Shown piece after piece: positions 9,569 through 18,388 of a stretch of 55,163 bases of DNA. Source of the DNA: a virus (Duplodnaviria; Caudoviricetes); the IMG/VR virus record IMGVR_UViG_3300021976_000002, positions 1 to 55,163 of that record. One strand, given 5' to 3'. The translations under genes and the position numbers were made by a program. The notes under the pieces were generated by a model, which worked only from the letters and a program-made list of their open reading frames with translations, was not told where the DNA came from and made no database searches. Within the stretch, counting starts at the first letter, position 1. Each line of letters starts with the position of its first letter.

Positions 9569-10018
9569 TCAGGCCAGTCGGCATGAGAACAACAACGGCA
9601 CCCAATGCCGTGTTGGCTTGACGGTTCGATCGAGACGTGCTGGACCTTGATCCCCTAGTACCGTTCGGATAGGCGTACTCGCCCTACCATCTGGAAGAGA
9701 CAGACGCCTACTGACCAATGCAGCGTACACCAGGTCAGCTGCTCGCAGTGCTCGCGTCTGATCACCTCCAGCAGCAGTGACTTGGAACGGCCAGGCTTTA
9801 GTGTCTGGAGTAGCACACAGTCGGTACCCAGTTGGATTCCCTGCACTTGCCCAGAGCACGGCGTAGATGTGAACGCCGCCGTCAGCATCTAGGAATGGAG
9901 CAGCAAGGTCTGGATCAGCTTCGTTGACATTGCCATCGAAGACGTTCAGAGTGGGAATAGCCCTAAGGAGCTCCAGCACAGCATCCTTGGCGGTGTAGGT
10001 GTCAACCATGGCAGTCAT
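9569..10018 (-). CDS. Tail terminator protein
   Basis: Synteny (after the HK97 gp10-like gene, before the major tail gene); VFDG and FQVTAAG motifs. Confidence 0.7.
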   Translation of the reverse strand: MTAMVDTYTAKDAVLELLRAIPTLNVFDGNVNEADPDLAAPFLDADGGVHIYAVLWASAGNPTGYRLCATPDTKAWPFQVTAAGGDQTRALRAADLVYAALVSRRLSLPDGRASTPIRTVLGDQGPARLDRTVKPTRHWVPLLFSCRLA

Positions 10019-10395
10019 ACTAGACCATCCATCCCTTCACCAAGGGCTGACACGATACCAGGAACGACAACATCAAACGCAGGACCCATGTAAGGCTGCG
10101 GACCCATAGTGCTCGTGCCATTCTCGACGAAGCCACCATACTCAGCAGTAGGACCGACTTCAATAGCGAAGCCAATTCCGACACTACCACCTGCACTACG
10201 TACTTGAGAGGTGATCGAGTTCTTCAAGAAACCAGTGTCGACTGGTGCTCGAGCTTGCCCGGCTGCTTGAATATCGTTCGCACCCTTCCTCATGATAGGA
10301 AGGACAACCCTTTCCACTTCTCCGGCAACATTAAGCCAGTGCGCAGCGAGTGCGCGAGCATCTTCGTCAACTGTAATATCGATCACTGCACTCAC
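10015..10395 (-). CDS. HK97 gp10-like tail completion protein
   Basis: APVDTGFLKNSI and YGGFVENGT...PQPYMGPAF motifs. Confidence 0.85.
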   Translation of the reverse strand: MSAVIDITVDEDARALAAHWLNVAGEVERVVLPIMRKGANDIQAAGQARAPVDTGFLKNSITSQVRSAGGSVGIGFAIEVGPTAEYGGFVENGTSTMGPQPYMGPAFDVVVPGIVSALGEGMDGLV

Positions 10396-10847
10396 TCCTC
10401 TCCGACAGGGTTACGCTCGACGAGTTCCTTGGAGCAGTACAGGTCTCGTTCCCATCGGAGCGAACTGAATAGTGCACCCTCAATGTGAAGATCCCATCCA
10501 GCAAGCTCCAGGTCATCCGGACAGGTATCGATGTGAACCCAGTCGCTGAACTCGCCAATGCGAACGGGATCAACGTCCCAACGAACCACGACCAGGTGAG
10601 TCGCATTCACGATGCCTTGATCCGCAGCGACCTGTTCTTGGCCTGGCTGAAGCTGCTGCACCCGGCACTTCCCCTGGAACACCACCACAGGGTCACCGAC
10701 TCGGGTAGTGGCATTAGTCTCAGGGTCGAAGGCCAGCTCTTGGGAAGGCCGGAGGATAGTGCAAGTGGCTGTGAGCGTTCCATCAACAGTGAAGTAGTGG
10801 TGCTCACTCCAGTTGTCGGGGATGACTCTCGTCGAAGGAAGAGGCAT
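10392..10847 (-). CDS. Head-to-tail stopper
   Basis: TCTILRP...VFQGKCRVQ motif; synteny. Confidence 0.7.
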   Translation of the reverse strand: MPLPSTRVIPDNWSEHHYFTVDGTLTATCTILRPSQELAFDPETNATTRVGDPVVVFQGKCRVQQLQPGQEQVAADQGIVNATHLVVVRWDVDPVRIGEFSDWVHIDTCPDDLELAGWDLHIEGALFSSLRWERDLYCSKELVERNPVGEE

Positions 10848-11251
10848 TAGGGCTGCCCCCATCCGCCTTGGCCGAAGCCTGTGATGCCCTCTACCAGCTC
10901 AGGATCCGACAGAGTACGGTTGAATGGGACAATGTCAAAGAAGGCACCCGAGCCGTCTTCATCATCATCCTCGTCGCCACGCTTACGGAGCGCTTCAGCT
11001 CTACGAAGGAGAGCGTCGGAAACCTTTGCACCGTCAGTGGAAAGGTCCTGCGTCCGAATGACTTTGGAGACCATGACTTCCGACCCAGCAATAGCTTCGA
11101 CAGCTAGTGCAGCAGCGCGGAAGATGTTCTCGTGTCGAGCCATACTAATGTAGGCTGCGATCTGGTTATCGTCGAAGATTTGAGTATCTTCGTCAACGTC
11201 GGGAATGAGAAGACGGACCTTGCCGATCTCAGTTTCGTAATCGTGGGCCAT
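10847..11251 (-). CDS. Head-to-tail adaptor
   Basis: IGKVRLLIPDVD...IFDDNQI motif; lies after the capsid gene. Confidence 0.75.
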   Translation of the reverse strand: MAHDYETEIGKVRLLIPDVDEDTQIFDDNQIAAYISMARHENIFRAAALAVEAIAGSEVMVSKVIRTQDLSTDGAKVSDALLRRAEALRKRGDEDDDEDGSGAFFDIVPFNRTLSDPELVEGITGFGQGGWGQP

Positions 11252-11256
11252 CGGTC

Positions 11257-11409
11257 TCAACTCCTCCCTGGACGTCTCGTCTTCGGTTGGGGAACTGGTT
11301 CTGAGATGCCTATCACAGGCGACTCGGAAGAGGGCTCCTTCGAGTTGAGCTTGCGTAGCTCATCCCGAATGTCCTTGAGGACCTGGAGCACCTCTTCCGA
11401 GTCACTCAT
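11257..11409 (-). CDS. Small hypothetical protein (50 aa)
   Basis: MSDSEEVLQVLKDIRDELRKLN... fills the gap between capsid and adaptor; below the ORF-track cutoff. Confidence 0.6.
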   Translation of the reverse strand: MSDSEEVLQVLKDIRDELRKLNSKEPSSESPVIGISEPVPQPKTRRPGRS

Positions 11410-11414
11410 GTCGA

Positions 11415-12542
11415 TCAGGCCTGCGGAGCGCCGAAGGACGCGTAGGTCGCGATCGGGTCGACCGTAGTCATACCCAGAACGTGACGCACGCGGTACTGGA
11501 CATCGTCGTTGTCGAAGCCGCCTTCCTCAGCAGGCACGGCACCCCCACCAGGACGCTCCGAGTCCGAAGAACGGAGGCGCAGGTCAGGAGTCTCGTTGCC
11601 GCGGAGGAAGCCCAATGCCACCGCAGGACGCGGAGCGTTGGGGTTGGGGAGAACGTACCACGTGGTCCCAGCGTCCTCACCCTGGTCAACAACGGTAAGC
11701 CAGGGGTTCACCGAAAGGGTGATCCTACTCGCCAACCAGTTGTTGGTGATCATGACGTTAGTACCCTGAGTGATCCGGATCTCAGTCGCACCGAGGATGT
11801 TGCGAGCAGCAACTTCGAGCGACGGCGGGACGACGAGAACGAACCCGTCGATCCAGATCGGAGCACCGTCTTCGTCCACGCGCGAGGTGATAGCCTCGAT
11901 CGCAGTCGACAGGTTGTCGATCGTGAGCGGGAGCTCAGTCGGTGCGTTGCCGTTGCCCACGTTGAAGAAGGCATCGTTCGGACCATCACCATCGGTGAGA
12001 GCGGTCGTCGCGAGACGGTCTTCGGTACGGCGGGCAGCCACAGCGAGGCGACCAGGAAGCCCCTGAAGGCCGCCCAGGTCATCGTTGATCTGCGACTCCC
12101 ACGAGATGGCGAACCGCGCACCGTGCTTGGCGACCGTCAGGGAGTACTCGGCCTCGCCCAGGTCTCGTGCCGGGTACTCAGTGAGTTCCGGAACGAGGCT
12201 GAGGACGTCCTGACCACCAAGGAGGTCGATCAGGTTGTGCGGCCGGAAGTCCCGGACGACAGTACGGCGAGCGAACTCCGCCCAGACCGACGGAGCTTCC
12301 TGATACTGGGGCAGAAGCTCCCGGCTCAGGATATCGCCGAACAGGAACGGGAAGTCGCTCGTGGAGAAAGCCTCCTTGAGCTTCAGGACCGCGTAGGGGT
12401 TACCCTTCATGGCCTTGCCGACAAGCTCAGCTGCTTCCTTCAGCTTCTGCTTGTAGTTCGGAATCCGCGGAGTCTTGACAGGGGTGAGCGCACCAACGCT
12501 TCCGCCGCCGACCGTCTCGTTGGAGAACGTGACCTGAGTCAT
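11415..12542 (-). CDS. Major capsid protein (HK97 fold, Mu gpT-like)
   Basis: 375 aa with STSDFP, VRDFRP, ISWESQINDDLG and LVVPPSLE motifs. Strong codon bias and an AGGAGG RBS. Confidence 0.9.
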   Translation of the reverse strand: MTQVTFSNETVGGGSVGALTPVKTPRIPNYKQKLKEAAELVGKAMKGNPYAVLKLKEAFSTSDFPFLFGDILSRELLPQYQEAPSVWAEFARRTVVRDFRPHNLIDLLGGQDVLSLVPELTEYPARDLGEAEYSLTVAKHGARFAISWESQINDDLGGLQGLPGRLAVAARRTEDRLATTALTDGDGPNDAFFNVGNGNAPTELPLTIDNLSTAIEAITSRVDEDGAPIWIDGFVLVVPPSLEVAARNILGATEIRITQGTNVMITNNWLASRITLSVNPWLTVVDQGEDAGTTWYVLPNPNAPRPAVALGFLRGNETPDLRLRSSDSERPGGGAVPAEEGGFDNDDVQYRVRHVLGMTTVDPIATYASFGAPQA

Positions 12543-12563
12543 TGCTTAATCCTCCTTCTCCAA

Positions 12564-12917
12564 TTAGGCGGCCGCGCCGTGGGCGTGACCAGCGAGTCGA
12601 ACAACGAGCGGAGCCGTGCCGGTACCCTTGGCTTCCAGGGCGTGACCGAAGAGACGGTTACCCGTCGCGGTCATGGTCAGCACACCAGCACCCGTAATGT
12701 GAACGGGAGCGCCGACCGTAGCAGCACCGGTGACGGGAAGTCGGAAGGCACCTTCCAGTGCCACCGAAGCCCAACCCTCCAGGTTGCCACCTTCGCCCTC
12801 AGCGGTCTGGGCAACTCCGACAAGCTCGCCCACAACCACAGGAGCGCTCGAAGCGGTGTCGGCGGGAACCGGAAGCGAGACCCACTGACCATACTTGAAG
12901 ACTTCATTCGTCGCCAT
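12564..12917 (-). CDS. Capsid decoration/cement protein (DUF2190-like)
   Basis: VVVGELVGVA, ALEGAF and FGHALEA motifs; lies between scaffold and capsid. Confidence 0.75.
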   Translation of the reverse strand: MATNEVFKYGQWVSLPVPADTASSAPVVVGELVGVAQTAEGEGGNLEGWASVALEGAFRLPVTGAATVGAPVHITGAGVLTMTATGNRLFGHALEAKGTGTAPLVVRLAGHAHGAAA

Positions 12918-12922
12918 CTTGG

Positions 12923-14248
12923 TCAGACTCCCTTCACCGAGCTACCGAAGGAACCGTGAATGAGGTTGTCGATGTCCTCGTCGGACACCTCAGCCGACTC
13001 CTCAGCGTTGGCGCCGAAGCCTCGGACGCCACCCTCGTCGACGTTGGTCGCGACCTCACCGAGAGCCTCGCGAACGGACTCACGGAGCTTCTTGTCGTCG
13101 ACCTCGGGGTTGTCACCCTCAGTCGTCGGCGGGTTGTAAGCCAGCGCCTCGGCTAGCTTCGAACCCTTGACGCCTGCGGTGCTCATCTCGTCGGCGACGA
13201 TCCGCCGAGCGGTCTCGTAGTGCGCCTTGCGAGTGGCCTTAGCCTCCGCGATGCGCGACTCCTTCGCCTCTGCCTTTGCAGCTTCCAGCTCATCCTTCAG
13301 TTCATCCGCCCGGCGAGCGGACTCCGTGAGCTGCTGCAGCTTGGCGTCGTCGATCTCAGCCATAGTGCTGCTCTCCTCTGTAGGAGTTGGTGTGCCCTCC
13401 GCCGGGTTGACGGGGACGTAAACAGTCTGGACGACCACCTCGATAGCGTCGCCCAGAAGTGTGACGGAGTTGTCGTCGTCAGCAACCGAGTAGCCTTCCT
13501 GCCACGTGACAGAAGACTCAGGCGTCTCGATCATGTACCAGACAAGGTTCCTGGTCTCATCGAAGTCACGAGTCCAGATCCAGGTGTCGTCATCGCCATA
13601 CGCTTCTCTGAGGACAGAGTCAAGCTGACGTCGACGAGTCGAGCTAGTCGCCTCCTGGACTGGCTGCTTCGTTTCGTTCGGGGGCTTGGTCACAACACTT
13701 TCAACCTCGGCAATCTCCTCAGGAGTCATCTTGCTCTTTGCCGACTCGATCAGCTGAACGATCTTCCCGCCAGCTCCTGCCCTGGTAACGAAGTCAACAG
13801 AAATGCCTTCGACCAAGGAAGTAATGATCATCCCGGAACGGCCGTCTCGCTCTCCAGGCTTGGAGGTAGCCAGCGCTCGGATCGACACACCAATGTCTTC
13901 GGCCACCTCTGAGATGACAGGAGCCATGTGAGAGTAGACGTTGACGTCTGCATAAAGGCCATCGCCTTCATAAGCAGGAGTGGAAGTGATCGTTGCTGCC
14001 AGATCCCTAATGGTACGCTCTGGCCGATCCCAGCTCTCCTCCTCTCCGGGATGATCCAGGTACATGTGAGTGCCGATAGGGAATGCAGTCGGTCCATCCC
14101 GCTCGAGGACTTCCCTCGGGTAATAGCCGGAGCTACCCCAACGGTTACCCTCGATGATTCGAATGCGCATCTTCTGCGCACTCACCTCGGCCACGTTGTT
14201 GATCAGTGGCCTAGGAGCCTCAATGATCCGTTCAGGTGCAATAGTCAT
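12923..14248 (-). CDS. Capsid maturation protease with C-terminal scaffold
   Basis: YYPREVL, MYLDHP, IGVSI and SVDFVTRAGAGG motifs; coiled-coil C-terminus. Confidence 0.85.
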   Translation of the reverse strand: MTIAPERIIEAPRPLINNVAEVSAQKMRIRIIEGNRWGSSGYYPREVLERDGPTAFPIGTHMYLDHPGEEESWDRPERTIRDLAATITSTPAYEGDGLYADVNVYSHMAPVISEVAEDIGVSIRALATSKPGERDGRSGMIITSLVEGISVDFVTRAGAGGKIVQLIESAKSKMTPEEIAEVESVVTKPPNETKQPVQEATSSTRRRQLDSVLREAYGDDDTWIWTRDFDETRNLVWYMIETPESSVTWQEGYSVADDDNSVTLLGDAIEVVVQTVYVPVNPAEGTPTPTEESSTMAEIDDAKLQQLTESARRADELKDELEAAKAEAKESRIAEAKATRKAHYETARRIVADEMSTAGVKGSKLAEALAYNPPTTEGDNPEVDDKKLRESVREALGEVATNVDEGGVRGFGANAEESAEVSDEDIDNLIHGSFGSSVKGV

Positions 14249-14257
14249 CTCTTCCTC

Positions 14258-15298
14258 CTAGACCAGATCCTTGACGGGAGTAGGTGCATAGCTGCCCCGC
14301 CAATCGTTGCTGGTCCGATAAGTACTAAGATCGTTCCATCCAGTACGTCCGGAGAGAAGCATGTCAAGTCTAGCCTGTCCCATGATCGCTACTTGATCAG
14401 CACGAGGCAGACTACGGAAGACATCCTCAGCGTCACGAACGGGGTTGGGAGGCTCGGGGATGTTGTAGCCCAGATCACGCCAGGTCCTAGTGACAGGAAC
14501 CCTAGCACAGCGACCTTGCTGGTGGTCGTTCGGACCCATCTCATCAACAGGGTGAATACTACCGTGCTGCGACCAACACGAAGGACAAGTACGACTGTCA
14601 AGCTCTGCGTGCCACATCCAGCCTCGCAGGACATCCTTGTTCAACTGGTCCTGGAGGTGACCTGCTCGGCGAAGAGCATCAAGCATCTCGGTGCGTGCAA
14701 TGACAAGCGCCCGTGTCAAACCGAAGTTGAAGGTATTCTCAATTCGCTGTAGCATCCTGGCAGCCACTGTAGCCGGGTTAATACCGAGCGCGATACCCTC
14801 AATGAGAAGATTGCGAATCATTGCTTCAACTCGAGGAGCGATCTTACCTGTCAGAGAGGTGATCTGCTCTCCACTGCGACGGACCATTTCATCGATCTGT
14901 CGCTGGTCGACTCGGTTGAATTGAACTGCAAGCCTGCTCTGGTCAGCCTGAGGAGGATAATTGGAAGCAATGAGGACAGCTTCCCATTGAGCGCCGCTCT
15001 TGACTAGTCCTGGAATGTCCCGAGAGATGCGGACGCCTGCTTCCCGATCAAGTCGGTTCAGAGACTCACGTGTAGAGGCCATCGCCTGCAATACACGGTT
15101 CATCCGCATAAGCTCGGTCTGACTGGGCCAGCTATCTCCAGCCATAGCCTGAGCGAGGGCCAACTCCCACTGACGTGACAGATTGTCCCACGCTCCGGCG
15201 TATGACCGAACGAGATCACGGGTGGCATCGTCGACAGTGTCGCTAATCCCAATGGTCATGCCGTTGAGTAGCTTCAACGTGTCTTCGGTAACTGCCAC
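14258..15298 (-). CDS. MuF-like minor head protein
   Basis: RALVIARTE, WHAELDSRTCPSC and DHQQGRC motifs. Confidence 0.85.
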   Translation of the reverse strand: MAVTEDTLKLLNGMTIGISDTVDDATRDLVRSYAGAWDNLSRQWELALAQAMAGDSWPSQTELMRMNRVLQAMASTRESLNRLDREAGVRISRDIPGLVKSGAQWEAVLIASNYPPQADQSRLAVQFNRVDQRQIDEMVRRSGEQITSLTGKIAPRVEAMIRNLLIEGIALGINPATVAARMLQRIENTFNFGLTRALVIARTEMLDALRRAGHLQDQLNKDVLRGWMWHAELDSRTCPSCWSQHGSIHPVDEMGPNDHQQGRCARVPVTRTWRDLGYNIPEPPNPVRDAEDVFRSLPRADQVAIMGQARLDMLLSGRTGWNDLSTYRTSNDWRGSYAPTPVKDLV

Positions 15299-15434
15299 CC
15301 GTGTCTCACCTCCCCGCCAACCAGTTCCCTAAGGACCACTCTCGATATAATGATAGAGGTTGTCTTTCTGGGACAACAAGAGGTGGGATATAACAGTAAC
15401 ACACGCTAGAGACTCATGACACAGAACCACAGGG

Positions 15435-15743
15435 TCAGGGATTCAGGTCTTCGCCAATGACAAGAGACAAGAAGCCCCGCTCTGGGAATGTCTGGATCAC
15501 ACTACCAACACGTGTCTCCAGTTCGAGAGACCAGAGTCCGACGTTCTCAGTCTCCTCAGCTGTGAAGGTAATAGTAGCTACCTTGCCAAGGACGGTATCG
15601 ACTGTCCTGTTAATGATAGGCGTGCCCTGCTTGCGTCCGATAACAATGTATGTGTCAGCAGCACTCGGCAGGTCGTCGGAGGCCATCCACTGCTTGGTAG
15701 GAGTGTCGCCCCTCTTGATGTATGTCTCTCGTGGGCTAGCCAT
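15435..15743 (-). CDS. Virion protein, BppU N-terminal-like
   Basis: IKRGDT...QTFP pattern; follows the GDPD protein. Confidence 0.55.
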   Translation of the reverse strand: MASPRETYIKRGDTPTKQWMASDDLPSAADTYIVIGRKQGTPIINRTVDTVLGKVATITFTAEETENVGLWSLELETRVGSVIQTFPERGFLSLVIGEDLNP

Positions 15744-17691
15744 TCGGTCCTCCGAAGTGAATTAGGTCGTCATCAGTATCCAAGACTGCTTCCAAGGTCG
15801 TAGCAGTCGAAATAGCCTCTAGTGACTTCGGTCCTGGAATCTCAGGTGTAGGATCAGAGCCTGAGATCGTGAAGGCAATGACAAGGTCGACTCCAGTAGT
15901 ACCAGATGGAATCGTAGGTGTTGGTGCCTCGCCCACTATGGAAGTGGACGTAACAGTCATCAGGCTAGTCTCACCCGTAGGAATGACTGCTGCAGGATCT
16001 TGTCCGGTGATAGAGAACGTGGTGACAGTATTGAGCTCGGCTGCACCCTGTGGTACTGATGGAGTAGGAGACTCGCCACTAACCTCGATGACTGTGACCG
16101 TATCGAGCTCTGCACTACCACTAGGAACGGTGGGCGTAGGAGATGCTCCCTCGACACTGATGCCGATAGTTGTTTCTGTCGCCACACTCCCAGTAGGAAC
16201 AGGAATGAGAGGGGCTTCCCCCTGAATGGAGAGGGCGGTAACAGTTTGCGTAATAGCTGAGCCAGAAGGAATGACCTGAGGGATGACACCGATGACCTTA
16301 CCAGTCATGATGCCATTGGCACCCTTACTGAAGGCCTCGGTGGCGTTGGCAGCGTTCAGGATCACATGTCCGAGAACAGGCTTACCATAGGCGAGCGTGT
16401 CGTCCCAGGCACCCTGAGTGGCGAGGTACTCCATACCAAGGTAGTCGTACGCTCCTTGGGTCTCAGCCATGTCAGGAAGGTTCTCTTCGTAGTAGTAGCC
16501 CCACGTGTGGTAGCCACGAGCCCGAACTAGGTCGGCTACTACGACAGTATCCCACCAATGCTTAGACACATACCGACTAGCACCAGCATAGGAGTCCATC
16601 AGGTCAAGCCACTCGTTGACGAACCAGTTGCCCCACTTGTTGTCCACGAAGATGATATGGGTATCACCATAGGCGTCGAGTAGATCAGTAAGCCTGACCA
16701 TCGGGTGATCGCCATCGGTCGTCCGCAGTGTCTCAAGGACTGCCCACGTCGTATCAGGGATGTTGTAGGTGTCTCCGAACATCCTCGTCGTAGTAGCATC
16801 GTGTGAGATCACCCAGACACCGTCAATGCTCCGATGGATCGAAGCTTCTAGTGCCTTAGCTCCATAGGCTACTGCAGCATCAAAGGCCGCCATCGTGTTC
16901 TCAACATAGTCAACCGAGCCACCACGGTGTGCCACATACACTGGCTCGTCCGCCATGAACACTTCGACCGGAGTAGGAGGGTGTTCCTCTTCAACAGTCA
17001 ATGCTAGGCTCAGAGCGAACTCAGCATTCTCTTCCGGAACAACTGAGCTAGCAGTCTTCAGAGCCAGGATCGCGGCAGAGGCCACCGTAGTCGAAGCAGA
17101 GGCTGTCGCGGTCATCGAGTGCGAGCCAGCTGTCACGTTACCAGCGTCTGCTCCCATGAGTGACACAGAGCCACCAGCTTGAATCTGACGACGAAGGTTG
17201 TGTGCTGTAGTGTAGGTAGATCCGTTACGGTCGGACCATCCTGCCACTAGCATACGAATGTCAGCTACAGAGATGCTCGCCGTAGTGCGAACGGTATTCC
17301 CTAGCGCACCAGAGTATGCTGCCTCTCCAGACACTACTGGCTCGGCTAGATCAACTCCGGAGTAGCAAGCAATGAAGGCTGCAGCATTGCCACCACTAGG
17401 GGCGGTGTAGTCCCAAACGAAGTCCGCCTCGTCACCTGTGTAGGGCTTACCGTAGACATTGATCCGCGTACTAGTTCCGGAGCCAGGGTCGTTACCGCCG
17501 ACATGAAGTACCCAACCATCGGGAGGAGTAACGACTGGGTCGTTGTTAGCACCTGCTGCCTGCACAGTGACAAAGGCCAGCATGTACTGACCAACAGCAG
17601 CCTCAACCGGTGGCAATGGATTGACTGAGGTAGCTGTATTGTTGGTCGGAGTGATAACAGCTACACCGGCTGCGACGAATGCAATGGCCAT
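15736..17691 (-). CDS. Virion protein with glycerophosphodiester phosphodiesterase (GDPD) domain and six 24-aa repeats
   Basis: VAHRGG...ENTMAAF...DGVWVISHD motif. C-terminal repeats of roughly P-x-G...T...I-x-G-x-x-P. Confidence 0.8.
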   Translation of the reverse strand: MAIAFVAAGVAVITPTNNTATSVNPLPPVEAAVGQYMLAFVTVQAAGANNDPVVTPPDGWVLHVGGNDPGSGTSTRINVYGKPYTGDEADFVWDYTAPSGGNAAAFIACYSGVDLAEPVVSGEAAYSGALGNTVRTTASISVADIRMLVAGWSDRNGSTYTTAHNLRRQIQAGGSVSLMGADAGNVTAGSHSMTATASASTTVASAAILALKTASSVVPEENAEFALSLALTVEEEHPPTPVEVFMADEPVYVAHRGGSVDYVENTMAAFDAAVAYGAKALEASIHRSIDGVWVISHDATTTRMFGDTYNIPDTTWAVLETLRTTDGDHPMVRLTDLLDAYGDTHIIFVDNKWGNWFVNEWLDLMDSYAGASRYVSKHWWDTVVVADLVRARGYHTWGYYYEENLPDMAETQGAYDYLGMEYLATQGAWDDTLAYGKPVLGHVILNAANATEAFSKGANGIMTGKVIGVIPQVIPSGSAITQTVTALSIQGEAPLIPVPTGSVATETTIGISVEGASPTPTVPSGSAELDTVTVIEVSGESPTPSVPQGAAELNTVTTFSITGQDPAAVIPTGETSLMTVTSTSIVGEAPTPTIPSGTTGVDLVIAFTISGSDPTPEIPGPKSLEAISTATTLEAVLDTDDDLIHFGGPNG

Positions 17692-17694
17692 GAC

Positions 17695-18045
17695 TCAGCT
17701 CGCCGTAATGGTAGGAGTGATCCTGGCCTGACCTTGTCCAGTCATGACGATCGGATTGAAAAGAGCCACGGAGCCAATGAAGTCTCCGCCGGTCACTAGA
17801 CTCCAGATACCAACGTGTGTGTAGGTACCAGCCGGAAGATCGAACTCGACCTGCGAGCCAGCCACTGCCCCGTCATCGCTACTCCCAGTCCAGACGGTCT
17901 GCTTCCTAGCGTATGCAGGCGAACCTCCAGTAGCCTCACTCGCTCCAGTGGTACCAGGGTCAGCCGTGTGCAGCGAGATGAAGTCGCCGCTCCCTGTTAC
18001 TTCGAGAGCGGCTGCCTCAAGGACTGCTGGAGTGAATCCTGCCAT
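17695..18045 (-). CDS. Minor virion protein
   Basis: ISLHTADPGTTGASEATGGSPAYARK is a common actinophage structural-protein motif. Confidence 0.7.
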   Translation of the reverse strand: MAGFTPAVLEAAALEVTGSGDFISLHTADPGTTGASEATGGSPAYARKQTVWTGSSDDGAVAGSQVEFDLPAGTYTHVGIWSLVTGGDFIGSVALFNPIVMTGQGQARITPTITAS

Positions 18046-18049
18046 GGGA

Positions 18050-18382
18050 TCAGACGATCGCGTTGGTGATAGCGGCCGAGGTCATGTCCCAGCGACCATC
18101 AGAGTTGAGGTTGTCAGGAGCATCCAGAGGCCGAATGAACCAGACACCAGCAGCACGGCGGAAGATAGCGTGCGTGATGGATTGGTTAGGAGGACCACTG
18201 AACTCCAACGGTGCACTGATATCAGACTCACCGTCAGTACCCGAAGCTGGATAGTCCGGGGCGATAGGCGCATAGCCACCACCAGTGATCTCGTTAGCCT
18301 CTAGTGACCCGCTAGCCAAGCCAATGGTAGTGATCTCACCAGTGATCCAGTCAACGACGTCATCTGCGAATGCCATGGTCAT
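18050..18382 (-). CDS. Minor virion protein, distantly similar to 17695..18045
   Basis: EITGGGYA and ITHAIF resemble EATGGSPAYA and YTHVGI in the neighbouring gene. Confidence 0.6.
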   Translation of the reverse strand: MTMAFADDVVDWITGEITTIGLASGSLEANEITGGGYAPIAPDYPASGTDGESDISAPLEFSGPPNQSITHAIFRRAAGVWFIRPLDAPDNLNSDGRWDMTSAAITNAIV

Positions 18383-18388
18383 TCTCCT

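Noticed and set aside
11481-12959. Long antisense ORFs (492 aa here; also 18410..19387 and 45433..46452)
   Set aside because: These are shadow ORFs opposite strongly codon-biased genes, with no RBS or recognisable motifs.
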